From Macrostomum lignano (lineage: Eukaryota), in the NCBI GenBank assembly GCA_002269645.1, contig NIVC01003829.1, positions 1 to 64,000 of the forward strand: a stretch of DNA of 64,000 bases, written 5' to 3'. A program made the translations under genes and the position numbers. Of this stretch, positions 12,790-27,300 are shown piece by piece. Each line of letters starts with the position of its first letter. The stretch's first letter is position 1. Below the pieces are notes generated by a model. The model saw nothing but the letters and a program-made list of their open reading frames with translations. It ran no database searches and was not told where the DNA came from.

Positions 12790-13930
12790 GAAGGAGGGAA
12801 GCCAGGGGTTAGTAAGGAGAAAGGCCAGGGCCAGGGGGAGAGAAGCCAGGGTCAGGGGAGGGAAGCCAGGGGTCGGGGGAGGGAAGCCAGGGTCAGGGGA
12901 GGTAAGCCAGCGGTTAGGAGTAAAGCCAGGGGTTAGGAAGGAGGGACGCCAGGGGTCAAGGGAGAGGGAAGCCAGGGGTCAGGAGGGAGTAGCCAGGGGT
13001 CAGGAGGGAGAAGCCAGGGTTAGGGGAGGGAAGCCAGGTGTCAAGGGGGAGGGAAGCCAGGGGTCGGGAGAGAAGCCAGGGTCAGGGGAGGGAAGCCAGG
13101 GTCAGGGGAGGGAAGCCAGGGGTCAGGGGAGGGAAGCCAGGGTCAGGGGAGGGAAGCCAGGGGTCAAGAGGGAGAAGCCAGGGGTCAGGAGAGAGAAGCC
13201 AGGGGTCAGGGGAGGGAAGCCAGGGGTCGGGGGAGGGAAGCCAGGGTCAGGGGAGGGAAGCCAGGGTCAGGGGAGGGAAGCCAGGGTCAGGGGATGGAAG
13301 CCAGGGTCAGGGGAGGTAAGCCAGCGGTTAGGAGTAAAGCCAGGGGTTAGGAAGGAGGGACGCCAGGGGTCAGGAGGGAGAAGCCAGGGGTCAGGAGGGA
13401 GAAGCCAGGGTTAGGGAGGGAAGCCAGGGGTCAAGAGGGAGAAGCCAGGGTCAGGGGAGGGAAGCCAGGGGTCAAGGGGAGGGAAGCCAGGGTCAAGAAG
13501 GAGAAGCCAGGGTCAGGGGAGGGAAGCCAGGGGTCAGGAGGGAGAAGCCAGGGTCAGGGGAGGGAAGCCAGGGGTCGGGAGAGAAGCCAGGAATCAGGGA
13601 GAGAGAAGCCAGAGATCAAGTGGAGAGAAGCCAGAGATCAGGGGGGAGAGAAGCCAGAGATCAGGGAGGGAGAAGCCAGGGATCAGGGGGAGAGAAGCCA
13701 GAGATCAGGGGGAGAGAAGCCAGAGATCAGGGGGGGAGAGAAGCCAGAGACCAGGGGGAGTAAAGCTAGGGATCAGGGAGGAGAGAAGCCAGAGATCAGG
13801 GGGAGAGAAGCCAGGGATTAGGAGTTAAGCCAAGAGTCAGGGGAGGGAAACTGGGGATCAGGAGTGAGAGAAACCAGGGTCAAAGGGAAGGAATTCAAGG
13901 GTCAAGGAAGAAGCCAGGGTCAAGGGACGA
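12790..13930 (+). repeat. G-rich minisatellite (GGGGAGGGAAGCCAGGGTCA), inverted partner of 3510-4830
   Basis: Visible repeat, degenerating toward 13930. Confidence 0.9.
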
Positions 13931-16265
13931 AAGCTAGTGCTAGGGGAAAGGAGAACTAAGGAGGGACAATAAGTCAAGGATCAGATATTTTTAATAAAAA
14001 TATTGTAGGCTTAATTTTTTATTAGACTAGACTAATTTTTTATTAGTCTAGGTCTAATGGTAGGCCTAGATACATGTAGTAGATAGATAGAAAAACAAAA
14101 AATTTAAGCCTCTGATCTAGTTAGCTAAATCTATTAAGTCAATAAGCTAGGCCTAGTGCTTATGTTTAATAGGCTTTTACATACATATGGCTGTAGCTAA
14201 ATAATAGAATTGAATTGAATTGAAGCCTTTTCAATAACTGAATAAAAGCAGCTTATAAGTAGGTTGCCTCTTATAATATTAGACCCACATTTATGTTTCA
14301 AAAGGCATTTATATAAATATTAACATGGCTAAAAAAATCAAATTTAAGGGACAAAGAGCTTGTCTAAGTTCTGTATAGTAGGTCTCAAATCATGCAATAA
14401 TACCAGGCCCAGAGTCAGGCTTATATTAACTGTATTAATAATTAACTGACAGGCTTTAAACTATAGAACAAAATACTAAAGCAAGCACAATATAATACAC
14501 AAGAAGTTTAATAAAAGCTCCTTTCATTTATCATGTACACGGAGCCTTCACTTGTTCAGTCTAGTGCATTGGCCAGCACAGCAATGCACAGTAGGCCCAG
14601 CACAACAAATTATATGCCTTGGAAGCTTTTGTTGAACGTTGAACACAGGAACCCTTCTTCCTGTAAATTTTGTTTTCAAATTACATGCAAGCGAATTAGC
14701 ATTAACAACATCAATTTTTCTACTGCAAATCGTTAATAAAAAAAATAACACCTATGAAAGCTTTCAATTGATTGATACACTCCCATTTGATGGGAGTTGT
14801 CGGGCTGACGCGTTAGTCAACGTAAAGTTTGAAAAGAAGTAAAAAGTTAATTATGCACGCGTTCGGTTTTTCTTGAAATTCAAAGTACAACTGAAGATTA
14901 AGATGTTGTCAATAAAATACAACAGTAGTGCCAACACATCAGTACTCATTACAACATAACACAAGTTTTGCTTTGTGCTATATTTTTTGTTATAAATTTG
15001 CTGCAACCCCAATATGCGCAATTCTTATTGGTTCACACTGGGAGCATGCTTCGGGTATAGCTAGCTACGGAGCACAGGAGCATGCTCCAGCCCCTAGCGG
15101 ACTAGTCAAGTTAGAGCATGCTTCGTCCTAGCTAGCTAGGCACCCTTAACTGGTCGGCTCTGTCTTGAAGCTTTAGAAGCTTGAGAAGATTGAGACTGCA
15201 GTGACATCTTACAGGGAAAAATTTTTCGTCTCATTCATAGTTTAAAAAGTATCTAGGTACTGCCTCGCAGCCACGCTTTCTGTCATGTGCAACTGTTTAC
15301 GAATGAAAAACTTGTCACGACTGAAACGCTATTTTCATTTTTTGCGAAATCTATGAAATCTCGAGCCGTCTAAAATTATCAGAGTGGTTGGTCCTCGTGT
15401 AGCAACAGTTACTGTTCTCATCCAATAAACATGAGATTCTGGGCCTACGAGCTCGTACTGTATTTCTCACAAAATCCCGCGAGGAAAAAGATCAGATTTT
15501 GTTTCAAGTCTGTAAAACGACAAATTATGAGTTTTCCCATATAATCGTTTCCTTCTCCCAACAGTTCAGGAAGACAACAAACAATGGACTCGATGGTACT
15601 TTCTCAGTGTGATCTCTAGAGTCACATTCTCAAACTTCTGGCGAGGATCTTTCCTCTTCAATCAGTATATTTTATAAGCCAACACAGTGTACGCAAGCAA
15701 GGAGGAATAGGGGAAGAAAGTGAAATGGGGAGGCCCAATAGGAGCCGTCGGCCAGAGGAGATTCATGCATCATGCGAGGGTCGCATGGCTGCAGGGCCTC
15801 TCGCTCGCCGATCATCAGGGCTATTTTTAGGCATGCAGATCTTGTGCATCTGGGGAGTTGTTGCCAAGGCTGGATACTTGTTCACGCATCACGCGCGCGT
15901 CGGCTGATTTCTCCCAATCTCTTGCTAACGGCGCTTTCGTTTCACTTCATCTGTATACTGACCGAATTAACAGCACTGGGCTTGTTGTATTTTTACGCGT
16001 CGTAGCACCTTCGGCTTTCTTTATGCCTATGCCCGCTTTTCCGGTTGAGTCTTATTGATTTACTAATTTCATTCGACTATTGAGCGGCATTGAAATCACG
16101 ATTTATATTTCTCCTGCACTAAATGACTCTAGCCATGCGCCATCACGAGCCGTTGAAGCACGCTTTTACACATTTTAATCAAAGTTTTTAACAAAGTTCA
16201 AACAAAAATTCCAATTCTCACATTGATCCCACCAAGTCCTGCGTTCGGCTGTCCAATCGCCATCA

Positions 16266-19083
16266 ATGACAGCCCGGTGCCTTCGACGAAAGAATCGACT
16301 GCTACTAGCAGCTCTGGCCGCCGTCTGTTGCACAGCTCTGCTGCTCCGGCCGCATCGTGAGAATCCGGTTGCACTGTCGGGGTTCGGGTGTTCGGGTGTT
16401 CGGGGTTCGGGGTTAGGTCGGGGTCGGGATTAGGGGTCCCGATGAATGTTCGGGACGGGATTTTGGACCGGGATTTCGGGGTTTTCGGGGTTTCGCAAAT
16501 TTTCTGAATTCCCATAGAACTACGAAAAAATCCTTATGAATTAGAATTAGCTTTTTTTCGTTTTTAACGTGATTGCTTAAGGCTTATGACGCTTAAATTC
16601 AAAGCTTTATTTAATGCTTTTCTGTGGTCGTAAGTTTCGTTAATAACATTTACACTTGCCGTGCCGTCCATAAACTGCGATGATTATCAAGTCAAAAAGA
16701 GTTTTCAAGCTTATTTAAACTCGTTAACTATTACTGTTGGCTAGCTTAAAAATGTTTTTTTAAACTTATGGTATATTATTTGTACTATTACAAATATTAT
16801 TTTTCTATAATTAAGTTTATATTTTTTAAGGTATTGTTTCTTAGGAAAAGATTTAGAATCTTAAGAATTTTAAGAATCATAGAAATGTTTGAATTTATAG
16901 ACCTATTCTTCAATAGAGGGTCATATTTAAGTTTAAGTTGAACTGAAACAGGCTAATAGTCGTAAGTAGCCGTCAATACCACTTTTTATTAAATGCTATT
17001 GCTTACTTCCGGGTTATCGGGGTTCGGGGTCGGGATTAGGGTTCGGGACGGGATTCGGGATTCCCGAAAGATGTCCGGGATCGGGGTTAACCCCGAACCC
17101 CGAAAAAAATGCCATCCCGAACACCCCTAGTTACAGCGCTGCCGACATCCGTAACGCCGCCGCCAATCAACCGCTCGGCGATCCCACCGCCCAGCTGCCG
17201 CGGCCTCCTGTCTGGCAACGCCAACGACATCCGTCGAGCGGAGGCTCGCTACGGACGGCCGGAAGACTTTCTGGATGACGGCCAGCTGGCGAGGCTGCCG
17301 TGCGACCGGCTCACTGCGGGCTACTGGACCGGGCCGGTCAGCCGTCTGGAGCTCGGCTTCCCCATTGCCTTCACCGTGATGGCGCATCACAGCTTCTATC
17401 AGGTAAAACGAATCAACTTAATCAGAAACAACAACAACAGCAACAACAACAACTACGACAAAATACACCTCGTGCCGACCACAAGTGGCCACAGAGGGGG
17501 TGTCAGACACTCAATAAGTAAACCAAAAACACTTATTAACGCTCTCAATTAGCTCTTAATGCTCGAATGCAATGAGGAATCCATCTGGAGGAGGTCAAGG
17601 GTGTAAAATAGCGCTTAAATCCCGCCTGCGGCGCTCTATAACTGGCGCTGAAAAGATTTGTTAAGCTGGAACTGGGATCTCGTGTAATTGACAACAATTA
17701 AATGAGCATTGTGTTGCATCCTGGTCAGCTAAGCGAACATATAAGAGGCTTTCTAGGAAAAACGGGCATTCAACTTTGAGAGCCTGTGATAAAATTTTCA
17801 ACCAATTAGTTTTGTTGACCAACTTTAATACTCGAATAATTGACAGTTTTGCATAAAAACAGACGCTGAGCAGAATTTTGCTTCCATAGCATGCGTCGGC
17901 GTGACTCAGGCGCTGTTCTTTTAACCCAACAGTCCAAGTCAAATGCAAGCTGCCATTGCTTCATTCTGCAGAGATCGTTGAACTGCATGACTGATTTTTT
18001 TAATTAGTTAGAACCTTGCCATGAAGTAGTGGCTTCGTGCCAAGGCGGAAAGAGGAAAAGGTGCCATAAATGAACAATACATAATCGTCATTATTGCACG
18101 ATCGCAGGTGAACAAGCTGATGCAGGCTGTGCACCGCTCCCACAATGCCTACTGTCTGCACGTCGACGCAAAATCCAGCGCCAATTTCTTGGCCGCCGCC
18201 AAGCGCCTGGCCGGTTGCCTTGGCAACGTGCTCACGGTCGAGTCGACAGTCGTCTGGGGTGAGACATCCGTGCTGCTGGCCGACCTCAAGTGCTTCCGTG
18301 CTCTGCTTAACGGACACAGAGTGAGTGAGCTATTGTACTTAACCCACTCACTGCATGAGCGTGCTGTGAGTCTGACTGTACTCGTATCGTACGTAACTTC
18401 CGCAGAAGTGGAACTACGTTATCAACCTGACTGGGCAGGAATACCCGATCCGCACCCTCATGGAGATGGTGCACATTCTCAAGCTGATGAACGGCAGCAA
18501 CAACATGGAGAAGCTGATCCCCTCCAACTACAGGCAGTACCCCGCGATGCCCAACGCTACGGGCTTGGGGGGCCTTCGCTGGTACAAGGGCTCAGCTCAC
18601 GCCATCATCAGCCGAGCTGCTGTCCAATACATCATGGAGGACCACAGAGCTCGCCAGATTCTGGACCACATCCAGCGGCACTATGCCAGAGGTCGCACCA
18701 TTCCAGACGAGACATACTACGCAACCCTCAACCACAACTACGGAATGCTGCAGTTCCCAGGCTCCTACACGGGCAACCGGGTGACAACTGCGACGGAGTA
18801 CCGGCAGATCTACCGCTACAAAATCTGGTCTGGAAGGTGCAGGGCCGGTCTCAGCGTTCGTGGCATCTGCATTCTGGGCGCTGCCGACCTGCAGGACTTC
18901 AACTCGAGACCGGAGCTTATCGCCAACAAGATGTACTTCGACTTCCAGAGCGATGCGTTCCGCTGCGTACAGGAGAGATTCTGGAATAACACGAGGGCCG
19001 ACTATGACTCCAATTTGACCAAGAGCTTCGTGGTACCGCTGAGTTTCTATGAGAAACTCGAGTTCGTGAGGCACCACGTGTAG
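16266..19083 (+). CDS. Core-2/I-branching beta-1,6-N-acetylglucosaminyltransferase (GT14/GCNT family), 4 exons: 16266-16356, 17137-17402, 18108-18320, 18406-19083 (415 aa)
   Basis: Exon 1 encodes a type II signal-anchor (MTARCLRRKNRLLLAALAAVCCTALLL). All introns are GT-AG and phase-consistent (1,0,0). Family motifs FPIAFTVMAH, YCLHVDAKS, KWNYVINLTGQEYPIR, KGSAH, PDETYYATLN, RGICILG, ANKM. An alternative acceptor at 17131 is possible. Confidence 0.9.
16374..17129 (-). mobile_element. hAT-like MITE in intron 1 with (CGGGTT/CGGGAT)n subterminal repeats and an AT-rich core
   Basis: G-rich repeats at 16374-16495 and 17008-17105; right end CCCGAACACCCCTA (minus strand TAGGGGTGTTCGGG). Left TIR and TSD not found. 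Confidence 0.5.
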
Positions 19084-19776
19084 CTTTACCGAGTTTGTGG
19101 GGCACCACGTGTAGCTTTACCGAGCTCGTGAGGCACCACGTGTAGCTTTACCGAGCTTGTGGGGCACCACGTGTAGCTTTACCGAGCTCGTGAGGCACCA
19201 CGTGTAGCTTTACCGAGCTCGTGAGGCACCACGTGTAGCTTTACCGAGCTCGTGAGGCACCATGTGTAGCTTTACCGAGCTCGTGAGGCACCACGTGTAG
19301 CTTTACAGAGCTCGTGAGGCACCACGTGTAGCTTTACCGAGCTCGTGAGGCACCACGTGTAGCTTTACCGAGCTCGTGAGGCACCACGTGTAGCTTTACC
19401 GAGCTCGTGAGGCACCACGTGTAGCTTTACCGAGCTCGTGAGGCACCATGTGTAGCTTTACCAAGCTCGTGAGGCACCACGTGTAGCTTTACCGAGCTCG
19501 TGGGGCACCACGTGTAGCTTTACCGAGCTCGTGGGGCACCACGTGTAGCTTTACCGAGCTCGTGAGGCACCACGTGTAGCTTTACCGAGCTCGAGCTTTA
19601 CCGAGCTCGTGAGGCACCACGTGTAGCTTTACAGAGCTCGTGAGGCACCACGTGTAGCTTTACAGAGTTTGTGGGGCACCACGTGTAGCTTTACCGAGCT
19701 CGTGAGGCACCACGTGTAGCTTTACAGAGTTTGTGGGGCACCACGTGTAGCTTTACCGAGCTCGTGAGGCACCACG
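19060..19776 (+). repeat. 31-bp tandem repeat (GAGCTCGTGAGGCACCACGTGTAGCTTTACC), ~23 copies, first copy overlapping the GCNT stop codon
   Basis: TAG at 19081 recurs at 19112 and onward with a 31-nt period. Confidence 0.95.
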
Positions 19777-21361
19777 AGTGATTAATGCCAGCTGTTTTGG
19801 ATGGCTCAGATAGTTTGCTTGTGTGAGTGTAGAAGTTGGCCTCTCACGACCGTAGTGGAGTGGACCGTAGTGGCTCCAATTATTGGAGCATATATGCATG
19901 CATACTGATTTAGTACATAGTGAGAACAGCGTGCTACTGTTGCGCAACAGTGCAAGGGCGAAAACGCGATGCCGGTTCACGTGGGAGAAGGCTAGGGCGA
20001 GAGGAAAGAGAGACCAGAGAGTGCAGTACATTTAGATTCTATGCTACGTCAGTGGCTCAGTGGTATTAGCTCAACGATGTTTTGCTTTATGAAGCTTCTT
20101 AAATTTTAAGTGTTAACGCAATTTTTTCTACCTTACTTGAACCTCCCCTGCAAGGCGCTTCCCTGGCACTGAGATAGAGGGCACTGCCCCCTCTGCCCCC
20201 TGTTCCGCTGCCCCTGTCTACTCGTATTTAGAACATAGCTGGTAATATACTGTATGCGAGCTACTTTCTATGCCCAGAACAGCACAAAATTTTACCGCAC
20301 AATTATTTACTGCGACTTTCGACTTTTAAGCTCCAGGTTTTGACCACCAAGCTTATTGAGTCATTTCTCTAGTTTAATTACGAGTATACACGAGTATTCG
20401 GTTTTCTGCTTTCAACATTTAGTGCTATAAAAATTGTCTTATGCGGATTCCTGATCCGTGATGCGAAATACATTCGAATCAATTAAAATACTCTTTTAAT
20501 GTATATGTTAAGTTATTTTAAATTCAAAACAAGCTGAAATATTCTAGAAAACTTGTACTACAGGTGCACCAATGCTTCTAGTTTTTCAAGAAACGAATTT
20601 TTCCGAATCTATGAAAAAAAATTCTGGAGCAATCGTGCCCTGCGTGGCGGGAAAACAGAGAGAGAGAGAGAGAAACTATGACACGGATGTGAACTTTGGA
20701 GATATGAAGTTTGAATATATGAAGTTTGGGGAAATTTAAGTTTGGGAATAGGGAATAATGAAGTCGGATGCCACTGGAGAATTTGCATCCAGTTTTATAG
20801 ATCTAGTGCTCCAGTTAGACTGCATGTATTCTAACTAGGAGCGTACAAGCTGTACCACTTTTCCATTTTATAGAAATTAACAGACATTTCCGTTAAGATT
20901 AATAATGGGACTTATTGACAAGCATCTTAAACAAGGATTAGCCGTTTTTTTATCACGCCCATGTAGCCTGAGATACAAGCATCAGATCGAGGTAGGTAAA
21001 CAGGCCTAATCTGTATTACTGAGCGACTCACACAGAACTCACGCCGACAGTAGAGTGCAAGAGAAGCGGTAGGCGGTCGGTAAGAGGGCCTAAGATGAAC
21101 TAACTCTTAACTCCCATGCCTCATCCCATCCTGAATTCCTCCTCTCGGTCGGTGTACTTTCCGCCCCCCCCCCAGCTCAGCCAAGCACAGACGAAAGGAT
21201 TTATCGATTTTTCCGTCTTCTAGCTTCATCTGCTCCCAGAACGTGTGCGAAGGTGCTTCTTGTTTGCGAAGGGTTGGGTGTGAGCTATGAACATCGCTAT
21301 CTAGATATCTGGACATACAAGAAACAGTCATTGTCGTTTTCACACGCGAGAGATTTTAACA

Positions 21362-24300
21362 ACAGACACAAACTCACTGAATACAATTAAAGTAAAACAG
21401 ACACAAACTCACTGACTACAAGCTAAAACACACACAAACTCACTGACTACAAGGTAAACACACACAAACTCACTGACTACAAGGTAAAACGCACACAAAC
21501 TCACTGACTACAAGGTAAACACACACAAACTCACTGACTACAAGGTAAACACACACAAACTCACTGACTACAAGGTAAACACACACAAACTCACTGACTA
21601 CAAGGTAAACACACACAAACTCACTGACTACAAGGTAAACACACACAAACTCACTGACTACAAGTAAAACACACACAAACTCACTGACTACAAGGTAAAC
21701 ACATACAAACTCACTGACTACAAGGTAAACACACACAAACTCACTGACTACAAGGTAAACACACACAAACTCACTGACTACAAGGTAAACACACACAAAC
21801 TCACTGACTACAAGGTAAACACACACAAACTCACTGACTACAAGGTAAACACACACAAACTCACTGACTACAAGGTAAACACACACAAACTCACTGACTA
21901 CAAGGTAAACACACACAAACTCACTGACTACAAGGTAAAACACACAAACTCACTGACTACAAGGTAAACACACACAAACTCACTGACTACAAGGTAAACA
22001 CACACAAACTCACTGACTACAAGGTAAACACACACAAACTCACTGACTACAAGTAAACACACACAAACTCACTGACTACAAGGTAAACACACACAAACTC
22101 ACTGACTACAAGTAAAACACACAAACTCACTGACTACAAGGTAAACACACACAAACTCACTGACTACAAGGTAAACACACACAAACTCACTGACTACAAG
22201 GTAAACACACACAAACTCACTGACTACAAGGTAAACACACACAAACTCACTGACTACAAGGTAAACACACACAAACTCACTGACTACAAGGTAAACACAC
22301 ACAAACTCACTGACTACAAGGTAAACACACACAAACTCACTGACTACAAGGTAAAACACACAAACTCACTGACTACAAGGTAAACACACACAAACTCACT
22401 GACTACAAGGTAAACACACACAAACTCACTGACTACAAGGTAAACACACACAAACTCACTGACTACAAGGTAAACACACACAAACTCACTGACTACAAGG
22501 TAAACACACACAAACTCACTGACTACAAGGTAAACACACACAAACTCACTGACTACAAGGTAAACACACACAAACTCACTGACTACAAGGTAAACACACA
22601 CAAACTCACTGACTACAAGGTAAACACACACAAACTCACTGACTACAAGGTAAACACACACAAACTCACTGACTACAAGGTAAACACACACAAACTCACT
22701 GACTACAAGGTAAACACACACAAACTCACTGACTACAAGGTAAACACACACAAACTCACTGACTACAAGGTAAACACACACAAACTCACTGACTACAAGG
22801 TAAACACACACAAACTCACTGACTACAAGGTAAACACACACAAACTCACTGACTACAAGGTAAACACACACAAACTCACTGACTACAAGGTAAACACACA
22901 CAAACTCACTGACTACAAGGTAAACACACACAAACTCACTGACTACAAGGTAAACACACACAAACTCACTGACTACAAGGTAAACACACACAAACTCACT
23001 GACTACAAGGTAAACACACACAAACTCACTGACTACAAGGTAAACACACACAAACTCACTGACTACAAGGTAAACACACACAAACTCACTGACTACAAGG
23101 TAAACACACACAAACTCACTGACTACAAGGTAAACACACACAAACTCACTGACTACAAGGTAAACACACACAAACTCACTGACTACAAGGTAAACACACA
23201 CAAACTCACTGACTACAAGGTAAACACACACAAACTCACTGACTACAAGGTAAACACACACAAACTCACTGACTACAAGGTAAACACACACAAACTCACT
23301 GACTACAAGGTAAACACACACAAACTCACTGACTACAAGGTAAACACACACAAACTCACTGACTACAAGGTAAACACACACAAACTCACTGACTACAAGG
23401 TAAACACACACAAACTCACTGACTACAAGGTAAACACACACAAACTCACTGACTACAAGGTAAACACACACAAACTCACTGACTACAAGGTAAACACACA
23501 CAAACTCACTGACTACAAGGTAAACACACACAAACTCACTGACTACAAGGTAAACACACACAAACTCACTGACTACAAGGTAAACACACACAAACTCACT
23601 GACTACAAGGTAAACACACACAAACTCACTGACTACAAGGTAAACACACACAAACTCACTGACTACAAGGTAAACACACACAAACTCACTGACTACAAGG
23701 TAAACACACACAAACTCACTGACTACAAGGTAAACACACACAAACTCACTGACTACAAGGTAAACACACACAAACTCACTGACTACAAGGTAAACACACA
23801 CAAACTCACTGACTACAAGGTAAACACACACAAACTCACTGACTACAAGGTAAACACACACAAACTCACTGACTACAAGGTAAACACACACAAACTCACT
23901 GACTACAAGGTAAACACACACAAACTCACTGACTACAAGGTAAACACACACAAACTCACTGACTACAAGGTAAACACACACAAACTCACTGACTACAAGG
24001 TAAACACACACAAACTCACTGACTACAAGGTAAACACACACAAACTCACTGACTACAAGGTAAACACACACAAACTCACTGACTACAAGGTAAACACACA
24101 CAAACTCACTGACTACAAGGTAAACACACACAAACTCACTGACTACAAGGTAAACACACACAAACTCACTGACTACAAGGTAAACACACACAAACTCACT
24201 GACTACAAGGTAAACACACACAAACTCACTGACTACAAGGTAAACACACACAAACTCACTGACTACAAGGTAAACACACACAAACTCACTGACTACAAGG

Positions 24301-27300
24301 TAAACACACACAAACTCACTGACTACAAGGTAAACACACACAAACTCACTGACTACAAGGTAAACACACACAAACTCACTGACTACAAGGTAAACACACA
24401 CAAACTCACTGACTACAAGGTAAACACACACAAACTCACTGACTACAAGGTAAACACACACAAACTCACTGACTACAAGGTAAACACACACAAACTCACT
24501 GACTACAAGGTAAACACACACAAACTCACTGACTACAAGGTAAACACACACAAACTCACTGACTACAAGGTAAACACACACAAACTCACTGACTACAAGG
24601 TAAACACACACAAACTCACTGACTACAAGGTAAACACACACAAACTCACTGACTACAAGGTAAACACACACAAACTCACTGACTACAAGGTAAACACACA
24701 CAAACTCACTGACTACAAGGTAAACACACACAAACTCACTGACTACAAGGTAAACACACACAAACTCACTGACTACAAGGTAAACACACACAAACTCACT
24801 GACTACAAGGTAAACACACACAAACTCACTGACTACAAGGTAAACACACACAAACTCACTGACTACAAGGTAAACACACACAAACTCACTGACTACAAGG
24901 TAAACACACACAAACTCACTGACTACAAGGTAAACACACACAAACTCACTGACTACAAGGTAAACACACACAAACTCACTGACTACAAGGTAAACACACA
25001 CAAACTCACTGACTACAAGGTAAACACACACAAACTCACTGACTACAAGGTAAACACACACAAACTCACTGACTACAAGGTAAACACACACAAACTCACT
25101 GACTACAAGGTAAACACACACAAACTCACTGACTACAAGGTAAACACACACAAACTCACTGACTACAAGGTAAACACACACAAACTCACTGACTACAAGG
25201 TAAACACACACAAACTCACTGACTACAAGGTAAACACACACAAACTCACTGACTACAAGGTAAACACACACAAACTCACTGACTACAAGGTAAACACACA
25301 CAAACTCACTGACTACAAGGTAAACACACACAAACTCACTGACTACAAGGTAAACACACACAAACTCACTGACTACAAGGTAAACACACACAAACTCACT
25401 GACTACAAGGTAAACACACACAAACTCACTGACTACAAGGTAAACACACACAAACTCACTGACTACAAGGTAAACACACACAAACTCACTGACTACAAGG
25501 TAAACACACACAAACTCACTGACTACAAGGTAAACACACACAAACTCACTGACTACAAGGTAAACACACACAAACTCACTGACTACAAGGTAAACACACA
25601 CAAACTCACTGACTACAAGGTAAACACACACAAACTCACTGACTACAAGGTAAACACACACAAACTCACTGACTACAAGGTAAACACACACAAACTCACT
25701 GACTACAAGGTAAACACACACAAACTCACTGACTACAAGGTAAACACACACAAACTCACTGACTACAAGGTAAACACACACAAACTCACTGACTACAAGG
25801 TAAACACACACAAACTCACTGACTACAAGGTAAACACACACAAACTCACTGACTACAAGGTAAACACACACAAACTCACTGACTACAAGGTAAACACACA
25901 CAAACTCACTGACTACAAGGTAAACACACACAAACTCACTGACTACAAGGTAAACACACACAAACTCACTGACTACAAGGTAAACACACACAAACTCACT
26001 GACTACAAGGTAAACACACACAAACTCACTGACTACAAGGTAAACACACACAAACTCACTGACTACAAGGTAAACACACACAAACTCACTGACTACAAGG
26101 TAAACACACACAAACTCACTGACTACAAGGTAAACACACACAAACTCACTGACTACAAGGTAAACACACACAAACTCACTGACTACAAGGTAAACACACA
26201 CAAACTCACTGACTACAAGGTAAACACACACAAACTCACTGACTACAAGGTAAACACACACAAACTCACTGACTACAAGGTAAACACACACAAACTCACT
26301 GACTACAAGGTAAACACACACAAACTCACTGACTACAAGGTAAACACACACAAACTCACTGACTACAAGGTAAACACACACAAACTCACTGACTACAAGG
26401 TAAACACACACAAACTCACTGACTACAAGGTAAACACACACAAACTCACTGACTACAAGGTAAACACACACAAACTCACTGACTACAAGGTAAACACACA
26501 CAAACTCACTGACTACAAGGTAAACACACACAAACTCACTGACTACAAGGTAAACACACACAAACTCACTGACTACAAGGTAAACACACACAAACTCACT
26601 GACTACAAGGTAAACACACACAAACTCACTGACTACAAGGTAAACACACACAAACTCACTGACTACAAGGTAAACACACACAAACTCACTGACTACAAGG
26701 TAAACACACACAAACTCACTGACTACAAGGTAAACACACACAAACTCACTGACTACAAGGTAAACACACACAAACTCACTGACTACAAGGTAAACACACA
26801 CAAACTCACTGACTACAAGGTAAACACACACAAACTCACTGACTACAAGGTAAACACACACAAACTCACTGACTACAAGGTAAACACACACAAACTCACT
26901 GACTACAAGGTAAACACACACAAACTCACTGACTACAAGGTAAACACACACAAACTCACTGACTACAAGGTAAACACACACAAACTCACTGACTACAAGG
27001 TAAACACACACAAACTCACTGACTACAAGGTAAACACACACAAACTCACTGACTACAAGGTAAACACACACAAACTCACTGACTACAAGGTAAACACACA
27101 CAAACTCACTGACTACAAGGTAAACACACACAAACTCACTGACTACAAGGTAAACACACACAAACTCACTGACTACAAGGTAAACACACACAAACTCACT
27201 GACTACAAGGTAAACACACACAAACTCACTGACTACAAGGTAAACACACACAAACTCACTGACTACAAGGTAAACACACACAAACTCACTGACTACAAGG

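Larger units (their letters stand above)
11259..14725 (-). repeat. Right arm of the large inverted duplication
   Basis: Inverted homology to 1-427 and 3264-5683. Confidence 0.9.
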
